A DNA stretch of 64,000 nucleotides, from NCBI GenBank assembly GCA_040217195.1, contig JAVJNR010000005.1:320001-384000 (forward strand). Direction: 5' to 3'. Origin of the DNA: Leptospiraceae bacterium. Lineage in GTDB: Bacteria > Spirochaetota > Leptospiria > Leptospirales > Leptonemataceae. The notes below the pieces were generated by a model. That model was not told where the DNA came from. It worked only from the letters and a program-made list of their open reading frames with translations, and searched no databases. Shown piece after piece: positions 59,704 through 64,000 of this stretch (its first letter is position 1; each line of letters opens with the position of its first letter). A program made the translations under genes and the position numbers.

Positions 59704-60813
59704 TTATTGGATGCGAAGAGTGGAAAGAGACACAAGACTCAGAATCAGTCCTATGAGCCAGAATCGTACCACGATGCGTGTCTCGGGCCAGCCCAGTTCC
59801 TCAAAATGATGATGTAAAGGGGCCATCTTAAAGATTCGTTTCTTGCGCAGTTTGTAGCTAGCTACCTGAAGAATTACGGAAAGAGCTTCCATTACAAAAA
59901 CCCCTCCAGCAACAAGAAGCAAGATCTCTTTCTTTAAAACAATGGCTGTCATCCCAAGAGCTCCACCCAGTGAGAGGGAACCGGTGTCTCCCATGAACAC
60001 TCGGGCAGGCGCCGCATTGAACCATAGAAAACCAATACCTGCACCGGCCAGAGCGGCCAGAAATACACTAATTTCTACAGCTCCGGTTACTGTGGGGATG
60101 TTCAGATAATCTGCCAGCCGGGGGGAACCGGTTAGATAGGCCAGGACTCCAAAGGTTACAGTCACAATGGAAACGTTTCCAATGGCAAGTCCATCCAGCC
60201 CATCCGTGAGATTCACTCCATGAACGGTACCCAGAATTACGCAGAGCCAGAAAGCAACGCCCAGAAGCAAAGGCATGGTCCAGGCAGGTCCCTTAATAAA
60301 TGGAATGAACAGGTCAGTGGTTTCGTAGTTGATTCCTTCAACCCTGGCCACTTCTGCAGGAGTGAAACGAATGTACATGAACAGGAAGAATGCCGCTACA
60401 AGAATGGACAATATCATCTTGGTTCTGGCGCTCATCCCTCCTTTCTTTTTCAGTACGACTTTGGAGTAGTCATCCCAGAAACCAATGGCGCCAAGCAAAA
60501 GAGTGCAGTAAAGAATCAGGTTAAAGTGGAGGTTAGAAAAGTTACCGAACAGTACGCAGGAAACGGTCAGACTGAGAAGTATTAGAATTCCGCCCATGGT
60601 AGGAGTCCCTGCTTTGGAAGCATGGGAGGATGGGCCATCGTCTCGGATCGTTTCTCTAAACTTCAGGCCGGTAAGCCATCGGATGATTCCGTCGCCTACC
60701 ACAAAGGAAAGGGTCATGGAAAACAACCCTGCAAGCAGAGCTCGAAAGCTTACAAAGCCAAAGAGACGGAAAAAACCCGGCATATCGTAATTGGTGTACA
60801 GATATTCAAACAT
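59704..60813 (-). CDS. mraY: Phospho-MurNAc-pentapeptide transferase
   Basis: KAGTPTMGG, NLTDGLDGL, FMGDTGS, MAPLHHHFE. Confidence 0.98.
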   Translation of the reverse strand: MFEYLYTNYDMPGFFRLFGFVSFRALLAGLFSMTLSFVVGDGIIRWLTGLKFRETIRDDGPSSHASKAGTPTMGGILILLSLTVSCVLFGNFSNLHFNLILYCTLLLGAIGFWDDYSKVVLKKKGGMSARTKMILSILVAAFFLFMYIRFTPAEVARVEGINYETTDLFIPFIKGPAWTMPLLLGVAFWLCVILGTVHGVNLTDGLDGLAIGNVSIVTVTFGVLAYLTGSPRLADYLNIPTVTGAVEISVFLAALAGAGIGFLWFNAAPARVFMGDTGSLSLGGALGMTAIVLKKEILLLVAGGVFVMEALSVILQVASYKLRKKRIFKMAPLHHHFEELGWPETRIVVRFWLIGLILSLVSLSTLRIQ

Positions 60814-62356
60814 AACCGATTCGCTTCAGTGCATCGCAGGCTTTCTCCATACGAGCGCTTCTAGATCCCTTTGCCAGGATACCATCATACGATAGATAGA
60901 GTTGCGGATGCCTTTCTATATGATCGGCAAGCTCGCTACTGTTCGAAAAGAAAAACCCGACCTCAGGCTCCACTCCAGAGCCCCGAAGGTATTCCATGGC
61001 TCCCTGATTTCCGATGGCCTGTATTTGATATCCATTTCGGTTCAAGTCAGCCCCCACCTCTCTGTGTCCGGAGGCAGATGACTGGCCCAGTTCTGCCATT
61101 TCACCGGCCAGACAGAGCAATTTTCCTTCGGGGAGCATTTTTCGCAAAGAAGCAATGGCCGCCAGAAATGAATCTGGATTGGCATTGTAGGTATCATCCA
61201 CAAGAATTCGATCATCCTTTCGAAGAACATGGAAACGACCTCCGGACACGGGCGCCGCATGAGCCGCCGAATCGACTATCTGCTGCGCCAAAAAACCGGC
61301 CATCCATAAAGTAGTAACACAGCCCAGGAGGTTTTCTGCCTGAACCCGGGAGAAATAATGAGAATTCTCAATCCTGCAGGAGCTTCCCTCAAGATTCAAA
61401 TCGAAGGAATTTCCTTTCGGTCCAAATTCAACACCGTGGGCCCTGATCATTTTCCATTCCGGGTTTTGCCTGGCCGCAGCCGGCACCGAGTTCCAGCCTG
61501 AATCGCCATCGAAGCCAAACAATGCAATGGCCGGCTTGAGCTCCTGGCCGGTCCTATTGCCTTTCAAACGAGTCTTTCTTCTATATAACCGGCCCTTGCC
61601 GATGGCGGAGGCAGGATAGGTCAGACTCTGATTGCAATGATCTGCCAGTTCCTGTTTGGCTCGAACAATCCCTCTTCTACTATAGAAGAATTCAATATGT
61701 GCCCTTCCAACCGAGGTGATTAATCCATGATCGGGCTGCGCAATGGAAGACAGTAGATCGATCTCCCCGGCATGATTCATCCCGAGTTCCAGGATGGCAT
61801 GACTAATACCTGGTTTGAAATTCAGGATCGTAAGCGGCAATCCGATGTGATTGTTCAGATTACCTGTGGTGGCATCCACTGAATCTGCTCCCAGAATATG
61901 CGAAAGCATACCAAGAAGCATTTCCTTGGCCGAGGTCTTTCCGTTAGATCCGGTTATTGCAAAAACACAGTAACCCTCTCTTCTGCGATGAAGCCGGGCC
62001 AGGTTTTGCATGGCTTCCAGGGGCTCATCGCATTCGAAAATTGGCTGAGATTTATCTGAAGGTTTGCTCTTTTCCAGCAATTCCAGAACTGCTGGTCGCT
62101 TTCTTTTCTGAATAACCACAGCTGCCGCACCCTTTTGCAGAGCTACGTCTACAAAGTTATGTGCATCAAAGTTTGGTCCCTGAAGGCAGAAAAAAATCTG
62201 ACCTGGATGGATCTTTCGCGTATCTGTACTGGCTCCCGTGAATTCTTTCGGTAAATTCGAAAGTTGATCGGGCAGCTCTAGCCCCGGTTGGCCGGAGTTT
62301 TCTTTATGAGAAAGCGCAACAATACCTGATTGAAGAAAGTCTTCTACGGATATCAA
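60806..62356 (-). CDS. murF: UDP-MurNAc-tripeptide--D-Ala-D-Ala ligase
   Basis: TGSNGKT, GNLNNHIG, ELGMNHAGEI, DDTYNANP, KGSR. Confidence 0.95.
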   Translation of the reverse strand: MISVEDFLQSGIVALSHKENSGQPGLELPDQLSNLPKEFTGASTDTRKIHPGQIFFCLQGPNFDAHNFVDVALQKGAAAVVIQKRKRPAVLELLEKSKPSDKSQPIFECDEPLEAMQNLARLHRRREGYCVFAITGSNGKTSAKEMLLGMLSHILGADSVDATTGNLNNHIGLPLTILNFKPGISHAILELGMNHAGEIDLLSSIAQPDHGLITSVGRAHIEFFYSRRGIVRAKQELADHCNQSLTYPASAIGKGRLYRRKTRLKGNRTGQELKPAIALFGFDGDSGWNSVPAAARQNPEWKMIRAHGVEFGPKGNSFDLNLEGSSCRIENSHYFSRVQAENLLGCVTTLWMAGFLAQQIVDSAAHAAPVSGGRFHVLRKDDRILVDDTYNANPDSFLAAIASLRKMLPEGKLLCLAGEMAELGQSSASGHREVGADLNRNGYQIQAIGNQGAMEYLRGSGVEPEVGFFFSNSSELADHIERHPQLYLSYDGILAKGSRSARMEKACDALKRIGYV

Positions 62357-63816
62357 TTGCTCAACTCCTGCTTCAGTTCCATCACAACTTCCTGGTCCGA
62401 GAAGTGCCTTTTCTCTGTACCGTAGATCTGATAGTCTTCATGTCCTTTTCCGGCGATAAGCACGCAATAATGTCCCTTCTGGCTTTTCTGCGCAGACAAC
62501 AATGCATGACGAATTGCCTGGCGGCGATCTGCTATTTCTTGAATCTCTGCCGAACTAATCAGATCGGGCAGATCTCTGGCTTTCAGAATTGCCTGACGAA
62601 TCGAGGATGGGTCCTCTTTTCTCGGATTATCATCGGTAACAATTACATGTGTGGAAAGTTCCAGGGCAGCTCGACCCATCATCACCCTTTTGGAAGGGTC
62701 CCGATTCCCTCCACATCCGAAAACACAATACAGTCGATCATAGCCTCTGGCTCTCAGTTGCCACAGGATTCTATACAGTGCATCCGGAGTATGCGCATAG
62801 TCAATAATTGCATCCACTGAATCCGAAAACTGGATTCGATTCATTCTGCCTGGAACATCGGGCATGGATTCGAAAAGCGAATCGTCGAAAGGTAAGCCGC
62901 TGGCCTTCCAGGCAAGATTGGCATTCCTTTGATTGAAATCCACAGGAACGTTCAGTCTGAATTGCTGGAATTCATCCACTACCTGTATCTTTGTTCCATT
63001 TCTCTTAATGTATCTCTGAAGTTTCCTGGAATAGGCATCGTTTTCCGTTTTGGAAAGATCCTGAATAATTGCCTGGCCCTGGCTGCGAGCCAGCAACGTA
63101 AAAAGATGCACCTTGGCCATAAAGTACCGCTGCATGGTTCGATGATAGTCCAGATGATCCACGGATAGACCACAGAAAAGTGCCTGATGTAGTTGAATGG
63201 TTTCCAGCCGGCCAAGCGCCAGCGCCTCAGAACTTGCTTCCAGGGCCACCTTCTCAATACCCGCATCTTTCATCTTGCGAAGAAGTGCCAATAATTGATA
63301 ACTTCTGGGAGTGGTATAGCCGGTCTGAATCTGGGTTTCCATTCCGTTCTGAAATAATGTGGCGCCCAGAGTACCTATCACTCCACAGCTGAGCCCTGAC
63401 TGCTTCCAGGCATGATAAATCATTCTGGATATGCTGGTCTTACCGTTTGTACCTGTGACTGCGGTAATCTGGAGTTCATGATCCGGATGTTCATAGAAAA
63501 TTCCAGCAATTCTGGCAAGAATCCATTCCGGTAAGCTGCGAGCCGGCTTACTTCCGCAGAGTATGGCACTATGACTGGATTTTCGCAATTCCGGACTATC
63601 CAACATGGAGCGAGGTGCGATGATTAGTGCAGGTTTCCGCACAATGGCCGATTCCAGATGCTGAATCGATAGAGCCGTAATTGCAAAAACACTATTCTCG
63701 GTTAAATCCCGGCTATCATCCGTGATACAATCTACAGTTACATCTTCAATGGGGCCAACAACCTCAAAGAGGACTCCTTCCTGGCCCAGCCGATCCAGTA
63801 GATCTGCAAGTTTCAT
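62353..63816 (-). CDS. murE: UDP-MurNAc-dipeptide--meso-DAP ligase
   Basis: TGTNGKT, DHLDYH, DYAHTPD, GCGGNRD, DDNPR (DAP-type motif), AGKGHE. Confidence 0.95.
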   Translation of the reverse strand: MKLADLLDRLGQEGVLFEVVGPIEDVTVDCITDDSRDLTENSVFAITALSIQHLESAIVRKPALIIAPRSMLDSPELRKSSHSAILCGSKPARSLPEWILARIAGIFYEHPDHELQITAVTGTNGKTSISRMIYHAWKQSGLSCGVIGTLGATLFQNGMETQIQTGYTTPRSYQLLALLRKMKDAGIEKVALEASSEALALGRLETIQLHQALFCGLSVDHLDYHRTMQRYFMAKVHLFTLLARSQGQAIIQDLSKTENDAYSRKLQRYIKRNGTKIQVVDEFQQFRLNVPVDFNQRNANLAWKASGLPFDDSLFESMPDVPGRMNRIQFSDSVDAIIDYAHTPDALYRILWQLRARGYDRLYCVFGCGGNRDPSKRVMMGRAALELSTHVIVTDDNPRKEDPSSIRQAILKARDLPDLISSAEIQEIADRRQAIRHALLSAQKSQKGHYCVLIAGKGHEDYQIYGTEKRHFSDQEVVMELKQELSN

Positions 63817-64000
63817 TCAAACCAATCCTTAAAATGCGAATCCTCTATACTCTGAGAGTCGATCGCCTCATCGGGTTTTATCTCGGATTCGTCGGATGAG
63901 GTGGTTGTAGAGTCCTGTCCAGAGTAGGACTTATCTTCTTCCGGCAAAAATTTGTAAAAATTTGAACCAGGTTCCAGCGCTTCCAAGTCTACATAGATGA
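63813..64000 (-). CDS. C-terminal part of the upstream dcw gene (possibly FtsL-like), acidic tail
   Basis: Open frame ...IYVDLEALEPG...HFKDWFE* whose TGA overlaps the murE ATG. Confidence 0.55.
   Translation of the reverse strand, partial: IYVDLEALEPGSNFYKFLPEEDKSYSGQDSTTTSSDESEIKPDEAIDSQSIEDSHFKDWFE

Overview
Core chromosomal segment of a Leptospiraceae-like spirochaete. The assignment is an inference from gene content and order: split GcvP, an Lsa26-like protein, DAP-type MurE, and acpP-rnc-aroB linkage. Left to right: two small secreted proteins, an acyl-CoA desaturase with its reductase, SelO, a 41-bp tandem array, an OmpA lipoprotein, CIRCE-groES-groEL, lipoproteins, gcvT-H-PA-PB, a PafB/PafC-like WYL pair followed by a XerC-type recombinase, aroQ-aroB-rnc-acpP-fabG, an adenylate cyclase/FecR/secreted-protein triad, plsX-rpmF, pheST, small regulators, NfeD with two SPFH genes, and the dcw cluster (ftsZ to murE). 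I recognised no rRNA, tRNA, IS, prophage or cas gene. The most unusual element is a non-coding array of about 0.8 kb between gcvH and gcvPA, in which a 12-13 bp motif (ATTATGTC[A/G]CAT) recurs every ~65-73 bp, separated by unique, hairpin-forming spacers. The same motif occurs upstream of ftsQ and resembles a Xer-type half-site. Other notable items: an 8-bp duplication frameshifting the FecR gene, a degenerate phosphatase-like domain on the cyclase, and a long stem-loop upstream of rnc. All calls were made by eye, without database searches.
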